From Thermoplasmata archaeon (GTDB lineage Archaea; Thermoplasmatota; Thermoplasmata; Thermoplasmatales; Thermoplasmataceae), in contig JAKAAY010000004.1 of the NCBI GenBank assembly GCA_021802055.1, forward strand, positions 16,177 through 80,176: 64,000 nucleotides of DNA, written 5' to 3'. A program made the position numbers and the translations under genes. Shown piece after piece: positions 1 through 8,039 of this stretch (position 1 is its first letter; the number at the start of each line of letters is the position of its first letter). Below the pieces are notes generated by a model. The model was not told the DNA's origin. It searched no databases and saw only the letters and a list, made by a program, of their open reading frames with translations.

Positions 1-1
1 C

Positions 2-79
2 GACCCGAATGTGCCACAGCTGGGCAGAACACTGCTCTACACCGTCATAAGCAAGCTGGAAGCGCTGGCAAAGTCCTGA
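2..79 (+). CDS. 3' end of an unidentified gene, truncated by the window edge
   Basis: Frame 2 is open from the window start and reads DPNVPQLGRTLLYTVISKLEALAKS, ending in TGA at 77-79. An AT-rich promoter-like spacer follows. Confidence 0.3.
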   Translation, partial: DPNVPQLGRTLLYTVISKLEALAKS

Positions 80-153
80 AATTCACGATCAAAGAGAAAC
101 CATTTATATTACCATAAATATTTATATTATCAATATATCTTGAATAGATAATA

Positions 154-510
154 ATGGCAATTTCTGACGAAAGCAACAAGCTTGCCAAGTTCCTGATAAT
201 CTCGGATGTTCCACGCAGCGCTGCATTTACGCTTGTGTATATCAGGGACAAAGGAGAGATAACCAGTGTTGAGATAGAGCGGGAAACAGGTCTCAGACAG
301 CCTGAGGTCTCCATTGCTATGCAGTGGCTGAGGAGAAAGGGCTGGATCAACAAGCGTAACATGAAAAAGGAAGGAAAGGGCAGGCCTATTCATGGATATA
401 AACTTTCCAAGGACTTTAATGCAATCCTGGAGGAGATCATCCTGGACCTCAGCAACAAGATTGCAGAGATAAACCAGACCATCTCAGAACTCAAGTCATT
501 CCAGAAATAA
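154..510 (+). CDS. Winged-helix (ArsR/MarR-like) transcriptional regulator
   Basis: 118 aa. The HTH-wing signature is EIERETGLRQPEVSIAMQWLRRKGWI...GKGRPIHGYKL. An AT-rich TATA-like tract lies upstream at 100-150. Confidence 0.7.
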   Translation: MAISDESNKLAKFLIISDVPRSAAFTLVYIRDKGEITSVEIERETGLRQPEVSIAMQWLRRKGWINKRNMKKEGKGRPIHGYKLSKDFNAILEEIILDLSNKIAEINQTISELKSFQK

Positions 511-531
511 TTTATTTTAAGGTACCGGCTG

Positions 532-1227
532 TCAATTGCGATAGCCGGGCGTCTTCCGCTCAATCTCGTAAATGTCAGTCCCCATGTCGTTTCCCACGAT
601 GAGCGTGTTACAGAGGTTATGGAATATTCCAACCTCGGCCACGCCAGGTATCAGCTTAATCCTGGCTTCAAGGAGTTCAGGGTTACTGATCTTCCCGAAG
701 TGGCAATCCACAATGGCATTCCCGTCATCTGTTCTGTATCTGCCGTTCCCCCTCGGAGCGCACTTCGCGCCAAGCAATTCAATGTTCCTCACAGTCAGCG
801 TCATGAGGTGCGGGCTTATCGCCACCGGGACTCCAAAATCACCGAGGCCGTCCCTTTTCAGTTTCCCGGAATCCACAATTATGACGACCCTCCTGCTGTT
901 CCTAGCAACAACCTTCTCCCTGAGGAGGGCACCACCTCCGCCCTTTATCAGGTTCCCCTTCAGGTCAGCTTCGTCTGCCCCGTCGATATCCAGGTCTATG
1001 GGCACATCCACATCAGACATCGTGATGATCCCAAGGTCGGAACATTTTATCTCTGTTTCTGCAGAAGTCGCAACCCACTTTACATGACTGAGATCGCTTA
1101 GCATATCCGGGAGCATGTCCAGAAGATGTGCCACGGTGGAACCAGTTCCCAGGCCAACAACCATATTGTCATGAATAAATTTGGCCGCCTCAGCGGCAGC
1201 ATGCTGCTTCTGTTCCTTCAAGCTCAT
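532..1227 (-). CDS. rpiA: Ribose-5-phosphate isomerase A
   Basis: Motifs GLGTGST, DIDGADEAD and KGGGGALLREK are typical of RpiA, and the length (231 aa) fits. Confidence 0.9.
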   Translation of the reverse strand: MSLKEQKQHAAAEAAKFIHDNMVVGLGTGSTVAHLLDMLPDMLSDLSHVKWVATSAETEIKCSDLGIITMSDVDVPIDLDIDGADEADLKGNLIKGGGGALLREKVVARNSRRVVIIVDSGKLKRDGLGDFGVPVAISPHLMTLTVRNIELLGAKCAPRGNGRYRTDDGNAIVDCHFGKISNPELLEARIKLIPGVAEVGIFHNLCNTLIVGNDMGTDIYEIERKTPGYRN

Positions 1228-1421
1228 TCTCTGTCAAATGTGAAAGGCGTTATTTTGTTTTTACCCGCGGAAAGACCCGGTCAAACGATTGGACTGAAAT
1301 AATATATATCCATGGGCCAATTTGTGTAAGCACGATAGCGACGGAATCTGTAACAAAGACCTTCAGAAAGAGTGAAAGGCCTGCGGTCGATGGCGTCTCC
1401 ATAACCTCAGCGGATGGCCGT

Positions 1422-2255
1422 GTGACTGGGTTTATCGGTCTCAATGGTGCCGGAAAAACCACCACCATACGAATCATGGCTGGTCTTCTTGAGCCAGATT
1501 CCGGGAACATAATCGTTGATGGCCTGGACCTGAGGCGTGAAAAACCTCTGGCATCAGAGAAGTTGGGCCTTGTTCCCGATCAGTCTTATTTTGATCCGGG
1601 GTCAAGAGCAGGTGATCTCCTGGAGTACATGGCCAGTTTTTACTCCCAGGGGACGTGGGACCGGAGAGATCTTTCAAATTCACTGCTCCGCAAGGTCGGA
1701 CTCTTGGAAGAACGTGATAGGAGGCTGGGAAAATTCTCACTGGGGATGGCAAAGAGGTTTGCCATAGCTGCGTCACTTGTAAATAGCCCGCGAAACATTA
1801 TTTTTGACGAAGTCCTCAATGGACTTGACCCCGCAGGAATGAAGATGATCCGCGAAATCATACTGGAGATGCGGAAGGATGGCTGCAGCATACTGCTTTC
1901 CACCCATGCCCTCGCAGAGCTTGAGGGCATTGCTGACCGGATGGTTGTGATTCACAGGGGGAGGATAATCGGCGAGTTACTCCCGGAGGACATGTATGCG
2001 CATGGAGGAAATGACCTGACCGTAAGGATTGAAAACCCCGGGGAGGATACTGAGAGAGTGCTCACGGAGTATGGGAAGGTCTCGGCAGTGGGAAGAAATT
2101 TCAGGATAAGGGACGCCAACATTGATGCCCCAGAACTCAATGCTGAACTGATACGCCGCGGTTACAGGGTATCGTCGATTTCTAGGGAAAATGGAAGTCT
2201 CGAAAATGCGTTTTTACGACTCATTGAGAAAGTGGATCAAAAGACTCAAAGCTGA
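1422..2255 (+). CDS. ABC transporter ATP-binding protein; the true N-terminus lies upstream of the first canonical start
   Basis: Walker A is GLNGAGKTT. A signature-like LGMAKR, Walker B IIFDEVLNGLD and the H-loop STH are present. GTG 1422 sits just before Walker A, and the in-frame upstream sequence (ATESVTKTFRKSERPAVDGVSITSADGR) matches the normal ABC N-terminal strand. Confidence 0.8.
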   Translation: MTGFIGLNGAGKTTTIRIMAGLLEPDSGNIIVDGLDLRREKPLASEKLGLVPDQSYFDPGSRAGDLLEYMASFYSQGTWDRRDLSNSLLRKVGLLEERDRRLGKFSLGMAKRFAIAASLVNSPRNIIFDEVLNGLDPAGMKMIREIILEMRKDGCSILLSTHALAELEGIADRMVVIHRGRIIGELLPEDMYAHGGNDLTVRIENPGEDTERVLTEYGKVSAVGRNFRIRDANIDAPELNAELIRRGYRVSSISRENGSLENAFLRLIEKVDQKTQS

Positions 2256-3678
2256 GCTTTTCCACCAGTCGCGTAAGAGGGGGACCGCAGTTGCTGTTTC
2301 CCTGTTCCTGCTGCTGGGTGTACTCCTGGCTCTGACGCCAAGCGTAAGCAACGTCGTTGCAGAGCACCGTCCTGTATTAATTTCAGGCTTTTACCTTCAG
2401 AACGACTCCATATATCTCATGAACTATCTGGCCTATGAGAATGGAAATCCGGTTGGAGGGGCGAAAATATCTCTATATTTTTCAGCGCAGATGATAGAAA
2501 CTGGAGATAATGCCATAACGGCGGCAAATGGATATGCAAATTATTCTCTCTTCTTCAGGGCAACCTATCTGTCTCAATATGAGTACAACCCCGTGGAGAA
2601 GTATTCAGTCATATGCCCGGGTGGAACGTTCAACGGAACCGTTGACCCGGTCCCTGTTTCGTCGCCGAATCCAGGAGTGGTGATCGACCAGATATTCCCT
2701 GGAGGTGGAGATTCGGTGGATCACTTTCTCGTGGTAAATTTCCACAGGAAGTCCATCAACACCCAGGTGGAGACCGGTGTTCTCAAAACGCCGAACGGGG
2801 ATTTCTATCAGACCTATAATTTCTCGGACCCAATCCAGGTTATATCCATACCAGTGGCGAAACTTGGCTGTGTACAGGGATTTCTTAACTATGGCCCGCA
2901 GGGATATTCCCAGGATTCTGCAACCATATCTCCATCAGGCTCTCTGCAGATGTTCAAGGATTTCAGCCAGGAATCGCCTGATACCTTCCTCGCCTTCATG
3001 ATTCCATTGTCAGGGGTCATGGCCGGTTATGTAGTATTTGGCAGGGAGGTGGCTGAGGGGACCATGGACTCCGTTCTGGTCAGGCCCGTGACAAGACGGG
3101 AGATAGTGCTCACCAGATATGCATCAGGTGCGGTGGGTTTGACTGTCCTGTACATGATACTCATGACAGCCTCTTTTGCTGTACTCACTGTCAGGACCGG
3201 ATATTATGGCAGTCCGCTGCCATTTGCCATCTATGCACTGGTATCTGCAGTGGCATCCAGCGCATTAATGTCCTTGATGTTCCTTATTTCAACTCTGAGG
3301 CTGAGCAAGAACATGGTATTTGTGGCTGGTTTGATTTCTGCCATTTTCCTGATCATTGGGGTAAGCATCGTCGTTTCACTTGCCCTTACGGCCTCCGCTC
3401 AATACTCAAATGGTGGCTATGTCATGGTTAAGGGACCTGCAGTCACGGCGTTATCTATCCTGTCTGCTGCAGACCCTGCAAATCTTTCGAATGGGCTCCT
3501 GCCGTTCGCTTACTATGCTGAAATTCCGGCACTTTTCCCATCATATATCGGAAACAGTTTTTCCGTTAGCCAGTCGATACTCGGTTCAAATTTAATCATA
3601 ATTGCAATGCTTTCCGCAATAGCATGGGTCATCATCCCCGTAAAGCTTTCCATAAGTATGTGGCGCAGGAAGGAATAG
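2191..3678 (+). CDS. ABC-2-type permease with a large N-terminal extracytoplasmic domain
   Basis: One N-terminal TM, a loop of about 230 aa with N-x-S/T sequons, then about 6 C-terminal TM segments. It overlaps the 3' end of the ATPase gene. The start is uncertain (ATG 2191, ATG 2206 or TTG 2224). Confidence 0.65.
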   Translation: MEVSKMRFYDSLRKWIKRLKAELFHQSRKRGTAVAVSLFLLLGVLLALTPSVSNVVAEHRPVLISGFYLQNDSIYLMNYLAYENGNPVGGAKISLYFSAQMIETGDNAITAANGYANYSLFFRATYLSQYEYNPVEKYSVICPGGTFNGTVDPVPVSSPNPGVVIDQIFPGGGDSVDHFLVVNFHRKSINTQVETGVLKTPNGDFYQTYNFSDPIQVISIPVAKLGCVQGFLNYGPQGYSQDSATISPSGSLQMFKDFSQESPDTFLAFMIPLSGVMAGYVVFGREVAEGTMDSVLVRPVTRREIVLTRYASGAVGLTVLYMILMTASFAVLTVRTGYYGSPLPFAIYALVSAVASSALMSLMFLISTLRLSKNMVFVAGLISAIFLIIGVSIVVSLALTASAQYSNGGYVMVKGPAVTALSILSAADPANLSNGLLPFAYYAEIPALFPSYIGNSFSVSQSILGSNLIIIAMLSAIAWVIIPVKLSISMWRRKE

Positions 3679-3710
3679 ATAACTTAAGAGCCAGTCTGCA
3701 TTATTGCTCT

Positions 3711-4208
3711 ATGGAGAAAAAGAGAGCCAGCGAATCGCAGGTGAGTCTGCACAGAATGGTCCTGCCGGAAGATACCAATGTACTGAACGGCCTCTACGGA
3801 GGAAAGCTCATGGAATGGATTGATAACGTCGCGTCAATAATCGCAGCCAAACATGCCAGAAAACAGTGTGTGACAGGGAGTGTTGACAGCATGTTTTTCC
3901 TGTCTCCCATAAACCTCGGAGACATAGTGCACTTGGACGGCAGGATCACCTACGTTACCAGAGAGACCATGGAAGTTGAGATCAGCGTTTTTTCAGAGGA
4001 TACACTGTCGGGGCAGCTACGGTTTACCACCTCTGCACATCTGACATACGTGGCCATCGATGAGAACAGGAAACCCACGCCAGTACCTGGACTCATTGTG
4101 GAGACCGATGAGGAAAAGGCCAGATGGAAGGAGGGAGAGGAGAGAAGCAGAAACAGGAAAAAACTTCTTGAGCAGGTCAGGGAAAGAAAGAAGAAAATGA
4201 CATTTTAA
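3711..4208 (+). CDS. Acyl-CoA thioesterase (hotdog fold, YciA/ACOT7-like)
   Basis: HRMVLPEDTNVLNGLYGGKLMEWIDNVASIIAAKHA...VTGSVDSMFFLSPINLGD matches the acyl-CoA hydrolase pattern. ATG 3711 was chosen because it avoids overlap with the permease. Confidence 0.8.
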   Translation: MEKKRASESQVSLHRMVLPEDTNVLNGLYGGKLMEWIDNVASIIAAKHARKQCVTGSVDSMFFLSPINLGDIVHLDGRITYVTRETMEVEISVFSEDTLSGQLRFTTSAHLTYVAIDENRKPTPVPGLIVETDEEKARWKEGEERSRNRKKLLEQVRERKKKMTF

Positions 4209-4213
4209 ATAAA
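4203..4213 (+). promoter_or_regulatory. TATA-box-like element upstream of the VirB2-like gene
   Basis: TTTTAAATAAA is centred about 25 nt upstream of ATG 4233. This is the same geometry seen at several other genes in this window. Confidence 0.45.
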
Positions 4214-4232
4214 CAGATACTATTTCGCCGAA

Positions 4233-4514
4233 ATGTCATTTAGTACACTAATTGCAATAATGACAACCTCGGCAAATTCTACCCAGATCGCCCAGATTAT
4301 GGATCGGGTGTACGAGGTTGTCGCATCTGTATCGGCCATTCTCATAGCCATACTCTGGATCCCCATAGCACTGAATTTCTTCAGCGACGACGAGGACAAG
4401 CGCTATTCCGCGAAACTGAGGCTAAAGAATGCTTTCATAGGCACAGTGATTTATGTTCTCGCCATGTCCGGGACGCTCTATACCATATTCCTTTACCTGG
4501 CAACGGGGTCGTGA
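4233..4514 (+). CDS. Small two-helix membrane protein, VirB2/TrbC/CedA1-like pilin candidate
   Basis: 93 aa. Hydrophobic helix VVASVSAILIAILWIPIALNFF, charged loop SDDEDKRYSAKLRLKN, and second helix AFIGTVIYVLAMSGTLYTIFLYLA. It is the first gene of a tightly coupled four-gene unit. Confidence 0.55.
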   Translation: MSFSTLIAIMTTSANSTQIAQIMDRVYEVVASVSAILIAILWIPIALNFFSDDEDKRYSAKLRLKNAFIGTVIYVLAMSGTLYTIFLYLATGS

Positions 4515-4595
4515 ATCCTGCTGGCATCGGAGGTCGCCTCCATCATTGGCGACATTATTTCTTTCTTCGATGGCGCTTACATTGCTTCCGCTTCC

Positions 4596-5558
4596 TTGCT
4601 CTGGAACGTGGTGGTTACTTACGGGCTTGCTCCCAAGTACGCCTATGAGATGCTCATAGAAGGAAACACAGGCATCTTACAGTTCTATGGATTCCTGACT
4701 TCAAGCATATACGTATATGCTGCAGGGCTTGCCATAATCATCCTTTCCATATACATGCTTGTATCCAACTCGCTGGGTAGTCCCACTTCCCCGGCGAACC
4801 TGATGATCAGGTACCTGCTTGCGCTCACAGTATCCCTATTTTCGATCCAGATCTGCAGGGTGATTCTTTCCGCTTCATTTGCCGCATTTTCAGTGGTATG
4901 GAACGGCAGTGGAACAGACTGGTACAACCTTACGGGCATTCTCGACTATGGATCCCAGGTACAGGGTCCGGCAGGCAGCGCCTCATCGATCATAACGTTT
5001 CTCTTTCTTTCGGCACTGTTCTTCTCTATCATAGCACTCCTGGGAACCCTGGAGATCCGCCAGGCAATCCTGATCTTCATGATACTGGTGCTGCCTCTGT
5101 TCTCCATCATGTTTGCCTTCCAGAAGACAGAAAAATATGCGGTTGCGATGTGGAAAATGTTTGCTGAACTTTCCATCCTCCCATTCTTCGTCCTGGTAGT
5201 CCTTGAGGCCATGAGCTTTTTCCAGGGGGATTTTCCCCTGCAGCTGGCTCTTCTGTTCCTCAGTTCCGCTCTTCCGTTAATTCTCATGAGCAATAGCAGG
5301 ATTTTTTACTCCTCCATCTTGGGTTCAATGTTTGAGGGAATCTCAGCTGAAAACGTTGCATCAAGAGTTTCAGGTTTCTCCGGAGCCTTCAGTGCGGTGA
5401 CCAAGGCCGGGGATGCAACATCAGCACTCTCAAGCCTGACAGGTTTCCGATTGTCGCATGAAATGAAGGGACTCAGCGGACCATATACGTCTCCTGAAAC
5501 ACCGCTGGACTGGAGCAAGGTGTACGCAAGTGAACTTGCGTACAGGAGTGGGGATTAA
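4596..5558 (+). CDS. Polytopic membrane protein (about 6-7 TM), VirB6/TrbL/CedA-like candidate
   Basis: 320 aa with repeated long hydrophobic segments and a Ser/Gly-rich cytoplasmic tail. It shares the frame of the preceding gene, separated by one TGA and 27 open codons, so the start is uncertain (TTG 4596 or further upstream). Confidence 0.5.
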   Translation: MLWNVVVTYGLAPKYAYEMLIEGNTGILQFYGFLTSSIYVYAAGLAIIILSIYMLVSNSLGSPTSPANLMIRYLLALTVSLFSIQICRVILSASFAAFSVVWNGSGTDWYNLTGILDYGSQVQGPAGSASSIITFLFLSALFFSIIALLGTLEIRQAILIFMILVLPLFSIMFAFQKTEKYAVAMWKMFAELSILPFFVLVVLEAMSFFQGDFPLQLALLFLSSALPLILMSNSRIFYSSILGSMFEGISAENVASRVSGFSGAFSAVTKAGDATSALSSLTGFRLSHEMKGLSGPYTSPETPLDWSKVYASELAYRSGD

Positions 5559-5561
5559 CCC

Positions 5562-6272
5562 GTGACAGAAGATACACCGTTTCCATCAAACGTTCTTGAC
5601 TATGGGAGCAGGATACTTGGGATGTCCTATGAGAGGGTCGTGATGGTCGTCCTAACGGTGTGCATCTCCTCGGTGCTGATGGAAATTAGCTATTTTGCAG
5701 CAATTCTCTTTACAGTGATGGTCTTTCCGCTGGTCCTGATCTCCAGGGATGACACCCCGCTGTATTCAGCAGTGCTTAGGGCGGTCGTATATCACACCGC
5801 CCCAAAGAGAGCCGAGATTCACACACATTATTCAAGAATCACATCAAGGAACTGCATAATCGCCTTCCATGGAAGATTGCTTTCCATCACAGGCATTGCT
5901 CAGAGATCCATTTTGAGGCTTGGAGACTCAGAGAGGGCCTCAGCCATTACACTGATGGAGAAAACGTTCAATTCCATGGGTACAGATGCGATCTTTCTTA
6001 GCATCCCGGTGGACTCAAGCAGAGTTCCTCTACCTGCGTTTTCGGGTGGTGGGAATATCAATCAGCTGGAGGATTATGAGAATCTTGTAGCACACGCATG
6101 CAGAGGCAGTTTTTATCAGTCGGCATACGTGATACTTACCGGACATGAGGTGAATCAGACCACCCTGGAAAACGAGACCGCAGGTGTCAGACGCTACCTG
6201 GAGAGCTATGGCTTTGCCTGCAGGGATCCGGGAGAAGAGGAGACTCTGGAGTGCCTCAGTTTCCTGGAGTGA
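5562..6272 (+). CDS. VirB3-like TM hairpin fused to a soluble domain of about 150 aa
   Basis: GTG start 3 nt after the previous stop, preceded by GGAGTGGGG (SD-like). The N-terminus carries two TMs followed by SRDDTPLYSAVLRAV, resembling the VirB3 pattern of two TMs followed by RD. The rest is a soluble domain. Confidence 0.45.
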   Translation: MTEDTPFPSNVLDYGSRILGMSYERVVMVVLTVCISSVLMEISYFAAILFTVMVFPLVLISRDDTPLYSAVLRAVVYHTAPKRAEIHTHYSRITSRNCIIAFHGRLLSITGIAQRSILRLGDSERASAITLMEKTFNSMGTDAIFLSIPVDSSRVPLPAFSGGGNINQLEDYENLVAHACRGSFYQSAYVILTGHEVNQTTLENETAGVRRYLESYGFACRDPGEEETLECLSFLE

Positions 6273-6276
6273 AACA

Positions 6277-7665
6277 ATGGATCATTTGCACGGGGATCAC
6301 GGAAGGGAACGTTCCACTGTCTTTCACGTCAGGCGGTACTATCTATCGGGAAAGAAGCATTATGCATTTCTCTCGCTGAATAACGTGGCAGAAAACCGTA
6401 TCAAGATGATCTATGAACTCATCGACGGGCTAAGTTTTCCAGTATACACTAGGGTGGTGATGAAAAGATATCCTGACGTGAAGGCTAGATCCATACTCAA
6501 GAGAATTGGCGCGGACAGGATTTCGGATCAGCGCCTGACCTCGGAAAGCAACAGACCACTGAAAAATAAGCTGGAAATCCAGCTGCGTTCACTCGAGCTT
6601 CTCAGCATGAGGGTCACACGGGATGGCGACGCACTCTTTCAGGTGTCGATGACATTTGTTGTTTCAGGATCTCACCCCGCAGATCTCAATGGAAACCTCC
6701 GGAGGTTCGCCCGTGCAATGTCCCTGCTTGGTTTTGACCTGACACACGAACCTGTGATTTCAAGGCGCAGGGTCGGAAAGCTCGTCAACCCCCTTGGTAG
6801 CCATGGTTCAAGATACATCATGGACAGCAGATCCGTATCCTCCATAATCCCCCTGTACTATGAGAGTAATCCACCCAGGAGCGGTCTACTGCTGGGGATA
6901 GATGCAGAAAGCGAGAAGCCGGTATTCGCCGACCCGTTTGGAGGGAATTCCTACAACTCGGTTGTGGTTGGAGAGACAGGCAGCGGAAAATCATTCTTCT
7001 CAAAACTACTGCTGATGCGAGCGCTTCTGACAGGTATGGCAGAAAGCGTTCTGGTCATAGACCCGATGGGAGAATATGGATCGGGACTGTTTTCTCAATC
7101 CTCCACAGTCATAGGAGAGGAAGACCTGATTTCCGCAAACGGGAAGATCATAGACAAGGCTTCGTTCAGCAGATTGAACATAATCAGGCAGTCTCCTGAC
7201 GAAATGGAGCGAAGGTCGGACCTGCTTGAGGCAACCATTGATATCACAAACAGGTTTCTCAGGTCAGGTAATGGAGCGAGGAAGATCATTCTCATAGACG
7301 AGGCACATACATACTTCAAATCCGCCCGGACAACCAGCTACCTGGACGCAATCTACAGGAGTTCACGTCACTACAATGCTTCAGTGATAAGCATAAGTCA
7401 GAACCTGGAAGATTTCACGGGAACGTCAGAGGGAAAATCCATGCTTTCAAACAGCAGTATGAACTTCATTTTCAGGAACAAAGACAGGCAGAGGAACGGA
7501 ATAAGCTTCCTAACCTCCAGCAGATTTGGCGAGATGCGGACAGACCTCCTGCCAGGAGGGAAAAGAGATCCATACTCCGAGTGTTATTTCTACCGAGACG
7601 GCATGCTACGAAGATTGAGGATTATCTGTACCACAAGGGAAGCTGAACTGATCGGTCATTCATGA
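6277..7665 (+). CDS. VirB4/TraC/TrbE/CedB-family secretion ATPase (FtsK-HerA superfamily)
   Basis: Walker A is VVVGETGSGKSF and Walker B is KIILIDEAHTYF. RSSRHYNASVISISQNLEDF and SNSSMNFIFRN resemble VirB4 motifs C and D. ATG 6277 lies 4 nt after the upstream stop and has a GGAGTGA SD-like sequence. Confidence 0.7.
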   Translation: MDHLHGDHGRERSTVFHVRRYYLSGKKHYAFLSLNNVAENRIKMIYELIDGLSFPVYTRVVMKRYPDVKARSILKRIGADRISDQRLTSESNRPLKNKLEIQLRSLELLSMRVTRDGDALFQVSMTFVVSGSHPADLNGNLRRFARAMSLLGFDLTHEPVISRRRVGKLVNPLGSHGSRYIMDSRSVSSIIPLYYESNPPRSGLLLGIDAESEKPVFADPFGGNSYNSVVVGETGSGKSFFSKLLLMRALLTGMAESVLVIDPMGEYGSGLFSQSSTVIGEEDLISANGKIIDKASFSRLNIIRQSPDEMERRSDLLEATIDITNRFLRSGNGARKIILIDEAHTYFKSARTTSYLDAIYRSSRHYNASVISISQNLEDFTGTSEGKSMLSNSSMNFIFRNKDRQRNGISFLTSSRFGEMRTDLLPGGKRDPYSECYFYRDGMLRRLRIICTTREAELIGHS

Positions 7666-7965
7666 AGAGCGTTCTTCTTCAATGTCCTTCTCGTGCATCA
7701 GGAGAAGAGTCAAGAGGCCAAATACAACTACGGGCGCAACAAAGGAATACAGGCCTATGTCTGTCCACGTCCCATAAATTATGGACCATCCAACGTAGAA
7801 TGATAGACCAAGTACCACCAGAAACAGCCCGAAAAACCTGTATATGTTCCTTACCGTGATCTTTGGAAGTGGGATCATGCTTGTAAGCCTGGGCCTGGTT
7901 GAAGTTTTTGACTCCTCGATCTGCCTTTCCGGCGTCTCCCTCCGCTCCATTTTACGGAGTGCCAT
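7660..7965 (-). CDS. Small membrane protein (charged N-terminus plus 2 TM), unknown function
   Basis: C-terminal IYRFFGLFLVVLGLSFYVGWSII...VAPVVVFGLLTLLLM forms two clear TMs. It is convergent with the VirB4-like gene and overlaps it by 6 nt. A TATA-like TTAATTATA at 7975-7983 favours a start at ATG 7965 or 7950. Confidence 0.5.
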   Translation of the reverse strand: MALRKMERRETPERQIEESKTSTRPRLTSMIPLPKITVRNIYRFFGLFLVVLGLSFYVGWSIIYGTWTDIGLYSFVAPVVVFGLLTLLLMHEKDIEEERSS

Positions 7966-8039
7966 AGATACACTATAATTAACAGTTTTGGTGTCTGCAC
8001 TGAGGCGATGTCTGGAGCGAAGGGTACTTAGCACTTGTG

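Noticed and set aside
4512-4514. The in-frame TGA between the pilin-like and VirB6-like ORFs as a selenocysteine or reassigned codon.
   Set aside because: TGA terminates many clearly complete genes in this window (purS, coxA, the VirB3-like gene and others). I see no SECIS-like hairpin and no selenoprotein context. It is kept only as a readthrough or alternative-start question.
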